Source of the DNA: Dendrobates tinctorius
Taxonomy: Eukaryota
Reading direction: 5' to 3'
Assembly: GCF_039654945.1 (NCBI RefSeq)
Contig: NW_027362117.1
Coordinates: forward strand, 868,001-932,000
Length of the DNA: 64,000 nt
Shown here: piece by piece, positions 1 to 12,332 of the stretch
How positions within the stretch are numbered: position 1 is the stretch's first letter
How the letters are laid out: every line of letters starts with the position of its first letter
Notes under the pieces: model-generated
The model's input: the letters and a program-made list of their open reading frames with translations, nothing else
Told to the model about the DNA's origin: nothing
Database searches by the model: none
Position numbers and translations under genes: made by a program

Positions 1-307
1 GGGAGGTTATCATTTTGTCCGACTCCCAACCGGAATTTCAGATGGAAGAGGACTGACTTCGGACTACAAGATGACACCCCTCTAAATAAAACCCTTCCTA
101 AGGGGGACTCTATTCTTGATTTCTCGATATCCTACTGGGGTCTATGTAATCTCAGCAACTTGACATCATGCTACTGAAAAATTCATTGATCTGATCAAAA
201 GGGATATCAAAGATTGGCTGCATCAATATCATCGTGGCTCCTTTCTCATACACCACAATCTATCAACCACGAAAGGCAGGTGAAAAACTATTAAAAGTAT
301 CAATAAT

Positions 308-370
308 ATTGTAAAGTGCAGCGGAATATGTCGGCGCTATAGAAATAAAATGTATTATTATTATTATTAA
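308..370 (+). repeat. Short L2-type LINE/SINE 3' tail ending in (ATT)n
   Basis: tgtaaagtgcagcggaatatgtcggcgctatagaaataaa followed by (tat)n, resembling L2-family 3' ends. Confidence 0.45.
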
Positions 371-1500
371 TAATTAAACCCACGGACACAGGTGGGGCCA
401 TTCTCATAACGGATCGATGAAATTATCTTAATGAAGTTCTCATCAACTATCCGACACATCCACATAAAAGAAAGTCCAGCAAGAAAGTCCAGCATGACCC
501 TCGCCAACCATTAGAAACAAGAATTATCAAGTTGTTACCAAACATCTCAATACTACTGATCAGAAAGCCAGACATTCCATAGTAATCCGCACCCAGTGAC
601 TCCAGTCTTTTACATCCAACCTAAAATGCATAAATCCTCACACAATCCTCCTGGCTGTCCTTAATAGCCTCTACAGACTTAATTCATTCCCCTCTGTCTA
701 TCTATCTAGAAAAGATACTCACTCCACTAGTCATAAAGGCTTGTTCCTTCATACTAGACACAGGACACTTTCCCACAGGACAGCATTTTGGTGACTATCG
801 ATGTCAACAGCTTCAAACATGATACTAGCTGTAAATGACATGCTGAAGAACTCCTTATTATTCCTTCCCTAATCTTACGCAAGAACTTCTTCCTATATAC
901 AGACTTCTATCCCCAGATCTGTGGTACCACCATGGGGTCAAAAGTCACCCTAGCTTATGCCAACTGCTACAAAGACCACCTTGAGAACCAATTTGTCTAT
1001 ACTGATGATTTATTCATACTTCAGTATATGATATATTGATGATGTCTCCTGTATATGGTCCCCATGATGCACTCATTTCGTTTGTCAACTTACTCAACAC
1101 ATCAGACCAAGGTTACAGTTCACACTGTATTAGGACACTGATAAAATCTAATTTCTTGAACCCAATTGATTGCAACAGCCTACTGCATTACTCAAGCTGC
1201 CATCCAAATTCTTCTATGAACAGCCTTCTGCCCTCACAATATGAAATGCACCACAAGGATAGCATCTACAGACACCCTTCTGCCAACCGGGCTGGACAAG
1301 ATGGCCCAAAGGTTCATAGAGATTATCCAACAAATCTCCTTGAACGTAAAAAAAAAATCCTTAGTTTTCAAAACTTTTTATGCCCATGCTAATGCTATAC
1401 CTGGGACCCTGGCTCTCAGTGTGCACTTTGCCTTATCCTCTTCACCCTATCTACAGGGGATTTATTGAGCCCTGTGCTCATTGTCTCCTGCTGTTCCATT
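370..1500 (+). mobile_element. Degenerate Penelope-like (GIY-YIG retroelement) reverse transcriptase remnant
   Basis: Broken frames give PLE RT-like motifs: IKPTDTGGAILITD (~373; cf. IKPADKGG), PVFYIQPKMHK...PPGCP (~600; cf. PxFYxLPKIHK...PPGRP), GTTMGSKVTLAYAN (~923; cf. GTAMG), YIDDV (~1032) and NSLLHYSSCHP (~1175). Many stops and frameshifts; probably extends to position 1. Confidence 0.75.
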
Positions 1501-1524
1501 ACGCCTACAGCAACTATGTGATAA

Positions 1525-2993
1525 AGACCTGGATGGGTGGAAACATCTCCAAACTGTGTGGAAGTGCCAGAAGACTGGAGAAGAGCAAATGTTGTTCCTA
1601 TCTTCAAAAAGGGGAAGAAGGTGGACCCAGGCAACTATAGGCCGGTGAGTCTGACTTCTATACCAGGAAAGATCTTTGAACAAATTATTAAACAACATGT
1701 AAGTCAATACCTGGATAAGAATGAAGTGATCAAACAGAGTCAGCATGGGTTTGTAACTAATAAGTCATGTCAGACTAACTTAATTTCCTTCTATGACGGT
1801 ATCACTGATTGGGTGGATCAAGGAAATGCTGTAGATATAGTATATCTTGACTTCAGCAAAGCATTTGACAAAGTCTCTCATACAATCCTTATTGAAAAAA
1901 TGACTAAGTATGGAATGGACAAGGCAACTGTTAGGTGGATTCATAGCTGGCTTAGTGATCGGACCCAAAGAGTGGTCGTAAATGGCTGCACATCCAGTTG
2001 GAAGAATGTCTCAAGTGGGGTACCACAGGGCTCTGTCCTGGGCCCTGTATTGTTCAACATCTTTATCAACGATTTAGATGAAGGAATTGAGGGTAAACTG
2101 ATTAAATTTGCTGATGACACAAAGCTAGGAGGGATAGCTAATACTAGAGAAGAGAGAGAGAGGATTCAAAAAGATTTAAATAAACTGGAGAAGTGGGCAG
2201 TAACTAACAGAATGGTTTTTAACAGGGAGAAATGCAAAGTACTACATCTGGGCAATAAAAATGAAAAAAGCATATATAGAATGGGAGGAATAGGGCTAAG
2301 TGACAGCACATGTGAAAAAGACTTGGGTATACTAATAGATCACAGACTGAATATGAGTCAACAGTGTGATGCAGCAGCAAAAAAGGCAAATGCAGTTCTA
2401 GGATGTATTAACAGAAGCATACAGTCTAGATCACGTGAAGTCATTATTTCCCTCTACTCCTCTTTGGTCAGACCTCATCTGGAATATTGTGTCCAGTTTT
2501 GGGCACCACATTTTAAAAAAGACATCAACAAACTGGAGCAAGTTCAGAAAAGAGCGACCAGAATGGTGACCGGTCTGCAAACCCTGTCTTATGAGGAAAG
2601 GTTGCAGGATTTGGGAATGTTTAGTTTGCAAAAGAGAAGACTGAGAGGAGACTTAATTGCTGTCTACAAATATCTAAAGGGCTGTCACATTGTAGAAGGA
2701 TCAACTTTATTCTCATTTGCACAAGGAAAGACTAGAAGCAATGGGATGAAACTGAATGGGAGGAGACACAGATTAGATATTAGAAAAAACTTTTTGACAG
2801 TTAGAGTGATCAATGAGTGGAACAGGCTGCCACGAGAAGTGGTGAGTTCTCCTTCAATGGAAGTCTTCAAACAGAGGCTGGACAGACATCTGACTGGGAT
2901 GATTTAGCGAATCCTGCTTTGAGCAGGGGGTTGGACCAGATGGCCCAGGAGGTCCCTTCCAACTCTACGATTCTATGATTCTATGATTCTATG
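1525..2993 (+). mobile_element. 5'-truncated CR1 LINE: uninterrupted 456-aa ORF2 RT fragment (1537-2907) plus 3' UTR with (ATTCTATG)n tail
   Basis: Motifs [47 protein letters not shown]; CR1 octamer tail at ~2965-2993. Confidence 0.95.
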
Positions 2994-3950
2994 AGGCCAT
3001 AATAATGCATGGAGGGCTATGTGGGGGCCATTATACTGCATGGAGGGCTATGTGGGGGCAATTATACTGCATGGAGGGCTATGTGGGGGCAATTATACTG
3101 CATGGAGGGCTATGTAGGGGCCATTATACTGTATGGTGGGCTATGTGGGGGCAATTATACTGTATGGAGGGCTATGTGGGGGCCATTATACTGCATGGAG
3201 GGCTATGTGCGGGAAATTATAATGCATGGAGGGCTATGTGGGGGCAATTATACTGCATGGAGGGCTATGTGGGGGCCATTATACTGCATGGAGGGCTATG
3301 TGGGGGCCATTATACTGCATGGAGGGCTATGTGCGGGCAATTATACTGCATGGAGGGCCATGTGGGGGCCATTATACTGCATGGAGGGCCATGTGGGGGC
3401 CATTATACTGCATGGAGGGCTATGTGGGGGCCATTATACTGCATGGAGGGCTATGTGGGGGCAATTATACTGCATGGAGGGCTATGTGGGGGCAATTATA
3501 CTGCATGGAGGGCTATGTGGGGGCCATTATACTGCATGGAGGGCTATGTGGGGGCCATTATACTGCATGGAGGGCTATGTGCGGGCAATTATACTGCATG
3601 GAGGGCCATGTGCGGGCCATTATACTGCATGGAGGGCCATGTGGGGGCCATTATACTGCATGGAGGGCTATGTGGGGGCCATTATACTGCATGGAGGGCT
3701 ATGTGGGGGCAATTATACTGTATGGAGGGCTATGTGGGGGCCATTATACTGTTTGGAGGGCTATGTTGGGGCAATTATACTGTATGGAGGGTTATGTGGG
3801 GGCCATTATACTGCATGGAGGGCTATGTGGAGGCCATTATACTGTTTGGAGGGCTATGTGGGGGCCATTATATGGTATGGTGCACTATATGGGGCTATTA
3901 TACTTTATGGTGCACTATATGGGGCCATTATACTGTGTGGAAGGCCATAA
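2994..3950. repeat. 31-bp minisatellite (ttatactgcatggagggctatgtgggggcca)n, ~30 copies
   Basis: Direct tandem repeat; gives 31-aa periodic pseudo-ORFs in all three frames. Confidence 0.95.
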
Positions 3951-4539
3951 TAGTGTAGGGGGCTTCATGCTGTGTTTGGGGGGCACTTTTTTTGGCACTG
4001 TACTTTATGAGTACAATGAAAGGGGAATCTAGGGGCTTCAATAGAAGGACAATTACTCTGTAAGGGATACAGTGTCAGATCTGCTGTTCTGTACCCCTCC
4101 AAGTATATATATTGTTAGGGGGTAATCAGAGTGGCTGCTCTGAGCCCCGTGAACCCTACGTGGCCCCCGTCCACCATCTTGTAGGAGACGGTCACTATAT
4201 ACTGCAGGAGACATCACAGACACAGCACGAGAGAGCGGACGAGCGCGGATCGGGGCCCGATGGACTGAAGGGAAAAAAGATTAAAAAGTAAAAAACCTCA
4301 CACAATTCTGAATCCCCTTCACCTCATCACATTAACAAGAAAAAGCAAACTTGGCGTCATATCTATCAAAATGTAAAATTGTTTTACCAGAGAAATCACG
4401 AGGCAATGCCGGGTGTAAGAAGCCTCCCAGAAACACTGCAAGGAAAAATGATAGAATTGTCGCATTCTCCCCAAAAAGGCGCAATAAACCGCACAGGTGG
4501 AAGGAGGGGTTAAACCAAGAAACCGGTCCGACTTCTCCG

Positions 4540-4800
4540 TGTGTGTCACGTCCTGGCACAGCTCAACCGACAGAGCCCGTACTCACACGTGACCGCCAGA
4601 AGTCAGAATGCCACACACAACATGGCGGAAAGTCACCGCAGACGTCTACGCGAGTCCATACGTCTGACGTCAACGCTTCCTCAGCCAATAGGAACCGCCG
4701 TTCTTTCCATGTGCCTTTACGTCGTAGTGCCTCCCACCCGGCTCCTGCAGCAACATGGCGGAGACAATGCGAGCGGCCGAGAGGCGCCAAATCTGAGCCT
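4540..4800 (+). promoter_or_regulatory. CpG-rich housekeeping promoter of wdr82 (E-box, YY1-like, CRE, CCAAT motifs)
   Basis: CACGTG 4586-4591, caacatggcgg at ~4618 and ~4751, TGACGTCA 4665-4672, CCAAT 4685-4689; CpG-dense, 250-450 bp upstream of the ATG. Confidence 0.65.
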
Positions 4801-5009
4801 CCGTCAGCCCGGAGCGCCCTCCGTCACAGGCCCTGCCCGGCCGCTGACCTAGAGTGTTAGTAGCTCGGAACCCGACATTTCTGGGAGGGGGGACTCGTCC
4901 CTGAGCAGCGCGGAGCCTCACACCGGGGCTGTCACCGAGAGGAGCCGGGAGCATCACTGGCTCCTCCCCCCGGACTCCTCCATCCTTTCCTGACAACTCT
5001 GGGGGCGCC

Positions 5010-8000
5010 ATGAAGTTGACCGACAACGTTCTGCGCAGTTTCCGAGTGGCCAAAGTCTTCCGGGAAAATTCGGATAAAATCAACTGCTTCGACTTCAGCC
5101 CAACAGGAGAGACTGTGATCTCCAGCAGCGACGACGACTCCATCGTCCTGTACGACTGCCAGGAGGGGAAGTGAGTGATGGGAGTGTGGAGGTGGGGCCT
5201 GGCTGGGGAGCGCGGTGGAGGCGGCGTGGCCTGGCTGGGGAGCGCGGTGGAGGCGGCGTGGCCTGGCTGGGGAGCGCGGTGGAGGCGGCGTGGCCTGGCT
5301 GGGGAGCGCGGTGGAGGCGGCGTGGCCTGGCTGGGGAGCGCGGTGGAGGCGGCGTGGCCTGGCTGGTGAGCGCGGTGGAGGCGGCGTGGCCTGGCTGGTG
5401 AGCGCGGTGGAGGCGGCGTGGCCTGGCTGGTGAGCGCGGAGGAGGCGGCGTGGCCTGGCTGGTGAGCGCGGTGGAGGCGGCGTGGCCTGGCTGGTGAGCG
5501 CGGTGGAGGCGGCGTGGCCTGGCTGGTGAGCGCGGTGGAGGCGGCGTGGCCTGGCTGGCTCCAGAACCCGCACCGTAGATCACACTGGATCCACAGATCA
5601 TCCTGCCCCGCGCTCATCATCGCGCTGTGTAGTGTGAGATCTGGAGAGGATTCCGTCCGGAGACGACGCAGACACGGGAGACAAGTGCAGAGACGCGATC
5701 ACCGACCAATGATTATCTCGATGGAGCCAAGTCCGAGGCGAGGGCACCGCGGGAGCAGGCAGAGGCCACGCAGGCGGCCGACAGTGCGAGGACCATGCGG
5801 CCTGGGGATGTTGTGTGGGGCACTAGAGGAATGGCCGCTCCTCTGGTTCCTACCAGCAGTCAGTGTAACACTGAGCTGTCAGTGACGGGATGAGCCTGAT
5901 ATTACACCCTCCATAACTTCCCGGGCGGGGGAGCGGTGGGCCGGTCACTCGTGGTGTTGCCCTCGTGATCTCCGGCTATCCTTACATCCAAGACAATCCG
6001 TAGCTGCAGAGGACAGACCTCCGCTCCAGCCTCCATCTGGAGACAACATGGGCCGCCGCTCCTCTTTCTGCCCGTGGCTCAGACTGAATAAATCCAGATG
6101 TCGACCCTGTAGTTTCCATTTTCCATCACGTGCGGATCGGTGACGTTTCCACAGTTCCGCCAGTTTTCCCTCTTGCAATAATTCCAGTGGATGTTGGTGT
6201 CCGCCATTCCTGACCCGGCAGGAGGTGATCGGTGCTGATGACTTCTGCTCAGCATGTAATGGCGATTGTGCGAAGCTTCAATTAATCTGCTCCAGACGCC
6301 AATGTGAACTGCAGCAAAGTCTCACCTGCTGCACTGTCTCCAGATGTGATGGGCGCCGCCTGTTTACTGCGCAGGAAATGGCGTCCGGACACGGATGAGC
6401 TGTTGTCGCCTGTAGTGACCGCGATGACGCAGCGACGGATTTTCACACATGGTACATTGATATTGGCAGAAGTTTGTTACATTGTATCAGTCCACACTCC
6501 AGGCTGGATACAATTGTAACAAACCCTCCGAAGTGTGAGAGCACTAGGGTCCATTAGAAGCCGCAGGTAGTGTGGGCGTGACGCGCTCCCGAAAAATGAG
6601 CTATTGGTGACTTCTTTTTCTTCCTCGCAGGCCCAAGCGGACGTTATACAGTAAGAAGTACGGCGTGGACCTGATCCGCTACACGCACGCAGCGAACACC
6701 GTGGTCTACAGCTCCAACAAGATTGATGGTATGACGCCGTGCACGCCGAAGAGCCACCCGGGGCCTCCACTCTGTGATCGCTCTCTGCTTCTACATCCTT
6801 AATCATCGTCTTCAAAGATGGCGTCCATCGGTCCTGGAAGTGGTGGCGGAGCGCGTGGGCCCGGGCTGAGGTAGTTGTTTGTACAGTTTAAGGGTCTGTG
6901 ACATCACCCGCGGTCGGAGATAACTGTACAGGCTACTGCCTTGCCCGGGACACGGCACAAGCAGCGATGACCACTACAGAGCTCGTATATTGTATAATGT
7001 TATATCGTTATAGTTCTGTAATATTATGTTATACTGCACCTAGTTACAGTGTGTCATGTGACTGCACCAGCAGAATAGTGAGCGCAGCTCTGGGGTATAA
7101 TACAGGATGTAACTCAGGATCAGTAATGTAATGTATGTACACAGTGACTGCACCAGCAGAATAGTGAGTGCAGCTCTGGAGTATAATACAGGATGTAACT
7201 CAGGATCAGTAATGTATGTACACAGTGACTGCACCAGCAGAATAGTGAGTGCAGCTCTGGAGTATAATATAGGATATAGCGGACCAGACATGTGATTGGT
7301 CATTTTTCTATATTTTCTCCTGCAGATACAATCCGATACTTGTCTCTTCATGATAATAAGTACATCCGGTATTTTCCCGGCCACAGTAAGAGGTGAGTGC
7401 AGGTAACATAGTTTTGACATAGTTTTGAAGGCTGAAGGGAGACCTTATGTCCATCTAGTTCAGCCTATTTTTAGTGCCGCTGTTCTGCATTGTTGATCCT
7501 GGGGAAGGCAAAAAACCCACAGAGTAGAAGCCAATTTTCTCCATAGGGAAAAAAATTCCTTCCCCCTAAGCTGGGTCAACCATCTACCTATAATATTCTG
7601 TTATTTGTAACCTTCTATACTGTTACAATAAAATCCTCCATTCCTTTCTTAAATTCATTCAGTGAGTTGGCCATCACCACTTCCTCAGGAAGAGAATTCC
7701 AGAGCCTCACTGCTCTTACCGTGAAGAACCCTCTTCTATGCTGGTGCAGAAATTGTCTTTCCGCCAAACGAAGAGAATGCCCCCTTGTTCTTGCCACAGT
7801 CCTTGGTACAAACAGTTCATTGGAGAGATTTCTGTATTGCCCTCTGATATACTTTTACATATACTGTATATTAAGTCTCCCCTGTGTCTTCTCTTTTCTA
7901 GAGTAAATAGACCTAATTTTGATAACCTTTCTGGGTATTGTAGTGAACCAACTCCATTTATCATTTTAGTAGCCCGCCTTTGAACCCTTTCATGTTCAGT

Positions 8001-10406
8001 AATGTCTTGAGCACCGGCGTCCAAAATTGCACACAATCCTCCAAGTGTGGTCTGACGAGTGATTTGTACAGAGGGAGAATTTTGTTTTCATCTCGTGCCC
8101 CCAGACCTCTTCTAATGCATCCCATGACCCTATTTGCTTTGGTGGCAGCTGCCTGACACTGGGCACTCCAATTTAGCTTCTTATTGACTAAGATGCCTAA
8201 GTCTTTTTCCATGTCTGATTTCCCCAGCAGTTTCCCATTTAGTAAGTAATTGTAGCATCTGTTTCTCCTTCCCATGTGCATAACCTTACACTTATCTGTG
8301 TTAAACCTCATTTGCCATTTTTCAGCCCAATTCTCCAATTTACTCAAATCTGTCTGTAGTTGCAAACTGTCCTCCTTTGTGGTAACTACCTTACATAGTT
8401 TTGTATCATCTGCAAATACTGATATTTTACTGTGTAAGCCATCCACTAGATCATTAATAATCATATTAAATAGTAGGGGCCCAATACAGAGCCCTGTGGT
8501 CCCCCACTAGTAACCCTGGCCCAATCTGAGGATGGCCCAATCTGAGGATGCCCCATTAATAACCACTCTTTGTTTTCTATCACTAAGCCAGCTACCTACC
8601 ATCTACACACATTTCCCCCTAGCCCAAGCTTTCTCATCTAACTTACCAATCTTTTAGGTGGCGGTGCACATACTGTAGTTTTGGTTGTCGCTCTCCTCTG
8701 GTGTTTGCGGTTTCTCTTGTGCAGTTACATCAGTCAGGATCACACGTTCTGGTTCACTTTTGTGGCTTTGGGTTTGGGACATCCTTGTCATGGGGGTCAT
8801 ACTAGCCCCCGGCCTATCTTATTCGCCCCGTCTTTCCTTGTTTCTCTAGGGTCGTAGCTCTGTCCATGTCTCCTGTAGATGACGCCTTTATTTCTGGATC
8901 TTTGGATAAAACCATCAGGTTATGGGATCTTCGCTCTCCAAACTGTCAGGTCAGTGTTTTCTCCTCAGCTCTGACATTCCTGTGATGCCTCGCAGAACCT
9001 TCCTGCTGACGGGCTCCTTCTTTACTTTTACACAGGGTCTGATGCACCTGCAGGGGAAGCCGGTGTGCTCCTTTGACCCTGAGGGTCTTATTTTTGCGGC
9101 AGGGGTGAATTCTGAGATGGTGAAGCTTTACGATCTGCGCTCCTTTGACAAGGTACATGAGACCTTGATTGAGGGTTCGTGTCCTGTGGATTTAGGGCGG
9201 CGCTCAGGGGCTTATGGGTATTTGGGCAGTTGCTCATCCAGTGCTGATGATTTAGTGCTAGCTTCCATTTGTATTTTTCTCAGGGTCCATTCGCCACCTT
9301 TAAGATGAATCCTGACCGAACCTGTGAGTGGACATCACTCAAATTCAGCAACGATGGTAAACTAATCCTTCTGGCAACCAATGGCGGTTTCCTGCGGCTG
9401 GTGGATGCCTTTAAAGGGGCGGTGCTGCACACGTTCGGGGTGAGCGGTTGGAGCGAGTTGTGAGTGGTGATGTGCCTGATGGGAGTGATGATCAGAATAA
9501 CAATGATTGACTGTGTCTTCCCGGCAGGGGTATAATAACAGTAAAGGCGTCACCCTGGAGGCCTCCTTCACTCCGGATTCTCAGTTCATCATGATCGGTA
9601 AGATGATGGCCGACCCCTCTTCTCCCCTCTCTTCTCTGCAGAATACTGACGTCTTGTCTGTGCAGGGTCAGAAGATGGGAAGATCCACGTATGGAACGGA
9701 GAGAGTGGCATGAAGGTGGCCGTGCTGGACGGAAAGCACACCGGACCCATCACCTGCCTGCAGTTCAACCCCAAATTCATGACCTTCGCCAGCGCCTGCT
9801 CCAACATGGTGAGGACCCGGGTGGTTACACAGCCCATCCTGGATTTGGCTCCTTATAGTGAAAGGTCAAAGACAATCGCCAGAAATATGTTCTGAAGTTT
9901 TTGTTTTTTTTTTTGTTTTCTTTTTTTTTTTTTTTTTTTTAAAATCAGATTTACTGTTTATTGGTAGGAAAGGCAGATCTGAACCCCCAGACTAGGGCCC
10001 TACAGTACCAAAAGTGCATGGGAGACCCCAGGAACAAGGAAGTCAGACCCTGAGGGCTGGTCAATTTAAAGTGTAGGAGACCAAAAAGCCTAAAGCTAAT
10101 ATGAGACCCCCAGGTGTAAGTGAATGTGAGACCCCTTTGGGTCTCTTTATTTGCTCATTGCCCTGCGGCGTTGTGATGCACAACATTTTGACAATAGTCA
10201 GTGCCACTATCTCTTGCCTCAGCCCTGGCACTGCCCTCATGCAATTCTGGGTCCGAATGGTGTGGGGTTTCGGACTGTGGTCTGATCCCTTCTTTGTGGC
10301 ACCTCCACAGGATGGGTGCAGGAATTCTTCCATGTTGACTGTCTTGTATGGTAATTCTTTGTCCTTTTTGCTCCAGGCTTTCTGGCTGCCGACCATTGAT
10401 GACTAA
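5010..10406 (+). CDS. wdr82: WD repeat-containing protein 82 (SET1/COMPASS and PP1-PNUTS subunit), complete, 9 exons, 313 aa
   Basis: Exons 5010-5170, 6631-6728, 7326-7392, 8850-8949, 9036-9152, 9284-9439, 9528-9597, 9666-9808, 10377-10406 (942 nt, all GT-AG). Protein [29 protein letters not shown]...[15 protein letters not shown] is recognisably WDR82. Confidence 0.97.
5196..5557. repeat. 32-bp G-rich minisatellite at the start of wdr82 intron 1 (~11 copies)
   Basis: (ggcctggctgg[g/t]gagcgcggtggaggcggcgt)n. Confidence 0.95.
6861..6948 (+). ncRNA. mir-let7g: let-7g precursor miRNA in wdr82 intron 2
   Basis: 5p arm TGAGGTAGTTGTTTGTACAGTT (6867-6888), 3p arm CTGTACAGGCTACTGCCTTGC (6924-6944), closing stem ccgggc/gcccgg, GGAG motif in the loop. 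let-7g is known to be hosted in a WDR82 intron. Confidence 0.95.
7045..7280. repeat. Short tandem array of a dispersed ~85-bp repeat (cagcagaatagtgagtgcagctctgg...)
   Basis: Three direct copies; the same core motif recurs at 46540-46940. Confidence 0.75.
7404..8660 (-). mobile_element. Truncated, frameshifted CR1 LINE in wdr82 intron 3
   Basis: Minus-strand ORFs with [29 protein letters not shown]; 3' tail at ~7404-7430; very similar to the copy at 17965-19472. Confidence 0.92.
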
Positions 10407-11479
10407 AGAGCGCCCATTCCCCCACCCGGCCGCCATCCATGGTGATATTTCCAGCCCTGCGCCCTCCATCGTTACCCCTGCCCTTGATGGGATGTGATGC
10501 AGCGTACACTTCTCGTGCCTGTGCCTCGTCCTTCACAGATGGAGGATTTTCCTTTTCTTTTAGTCCCCATTATGCGCCCCTGCTGGGGGTTTCCATGTTG
10601 CTGTGNNNNNNNNNNNNNNNNNNNNNNNNNNNNNNNNNNNNNNNNNNNNNNNNNNNNNNNNNNNNNNNNNNNNNNNNNNNNNNNNNNNNNNNNNNNNNNN
10701 NNNNNNNNNNNNNNNNNNNNNNNNNNNNNNNNNNNNNNNNNNNNNNNNNNNNNNNGCACATTGACTGATCCTGGCCCTCACAGGGGGGGTGAAGAATTAA
10801 ATTTACAGTCCCTTCCCGAAAGCCATTGTTGGTGTGCAAGGACTCTTTGGGGGTGGGGGTTGATTATAGACTTTTACCTTGTGATGGATGGAAAGGTGAA
10901 GCCGAGGAGTGGCACTTGTGCCCGCCGTCCTAGTATTTCCTCTCCACTGGAGGGGGTTTCAGCCTCTGTTTTTGGGGGGGTTGGTTCACGTTTCTAGCTC
11001 TGTGAATCCTCTGCTTTGCCTTGTACCCCGGAGCAGCTTATGGTGGTCCTGAATATGGGTTTCTGTACATCAGCAGGGTGACGTATTGGGCCAAGATCTC
11101 CCCCCGGAAAGAAGACTTTTGGTACCCTGATACAGAATGCATCCGCATCACTTGTGCTGCGCTCCTTTAAAGGCACGTTGCCTGCAGCTCTCCATAGAAG
11201 TAGATCCGTCGGATATTGGGGGGCTGCTTCATCTGTGCCCAGCCAGTCAATTGGAATTGCAGCTTTGCGACTGGAGCAGAAGATAAAGCAAAGGATTTGC
11301 AGGGTTCTTCCCGGATGAAATGTCGTATCCGTTATCGGATCTGCTGGATTTGTTCTGATTTTTGTAGACATCAAATTTTACCACGAGACATTGATATTTT
11401 TTTTTTTTTTCAGGAAATGCAGAAACAATGCTGATTTATAACAGATAGTATTGGAGGCATTACATGTGTATTTGTTTAA

Positions 11480-11815
11480 AGGGGTCGTCTGGGGAAGCGA
11501 TGCTCATTACCTGGAGTTGGATTATGTATGAATCGGATAAACCCTGCACTTCCCCCTGGATCCAACGCTGGCCACTATTTTATTGTTGCCATTCAACTAG
11601 CCAGGAGACCGCTGCTGCTTGTGATAGGCTGCAGCGGTCAAGTGACTTCAAGCCGCCGTGTCTGTATGAATGGTGACGTTGTAGTTTCCAATGTCGGTGC
11701 AGACCTCGGAGCGACCAGCGCCAGATCCCGGAGGGAGACGGGAGAGTTTGATTAATATTATTTTTACATTAACCCGCTCCTCATGTAGCGAGCACCTCTT
11801 ACCAGGACCACCCCT
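11480..11815. mobile_element. TTAA-flanked T2/Kolobok-type MITE in the probable wdr82 3' UTR
   Basis: TTAA(11476-79)-AGGGGTCGTC...GACCACCCCT-TTAA(11816-19): short TIRs plus TTAA duplication. Confidence 0.7.
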
Positions 11816-12326
11816 TTAATAAACTAGGACCCTGAACGACTGGGGCCGATGTTTGTGACAAATGGCCGTTACTGTTTCTAGAGGTTATAGGAGGAGCAGC
11901 TGATATCGGTCACCTGTAGAAGGGTCTCTGCACTGGAGATGAGTGATATGAAGCGGGGGGGTGGGCAGGGAGGTTCCTACACTTCCCATCACTCATCCCA
12001 TAGAAGACTATTACTGTCAGCCTGAAATGGCTGATAGGAGAAAGCAGTACCATACCCGGAGCCGTGCTGTCAGTGGGGGCCGACAGGTGAGGGGCCCTCT
12101 TACCTTCTTGATAGGTGGGCTCTTCGCGGATCCCCATCCCACCTGAGTCCTGATGTATTGTCTTCCAGTATTAGGTGGTCTCGGAGGGGCCGTTCCCTGC
12201 TGTGTTCTCAGTGACTGGTTTTATACACGCTGCGTCCTGCATGTATGCAGTCCGGTGAGGACAGTGACGTGGATGTTCCTGCAGGAGCTGTCCACTCCCA
12301 TTCATTGTATATATGTTTTTACACAA

Positions 12327-12332
12327 ATTAAA
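12327..12332 (+). terminator. Candidate wdr82 polyadenylation signal (ATTAAA); alternative AATAAA at 11818-11823
   Basis: ATTAAA with upstream TGTA elements and a GT-rich downstream segment. Confidence 0.4.

Noticed and set aside
3005-4032. Cys/Gly-rich ~300-aa ORFs
   Set aside because: 31-bp tandem repeat, open in all three frames
4351-4860. 169-aa ORF upstream of wdr82 or a divergent gene
   Set aside because: GC-rich promoter sequence with no recognisable domain or exon structure
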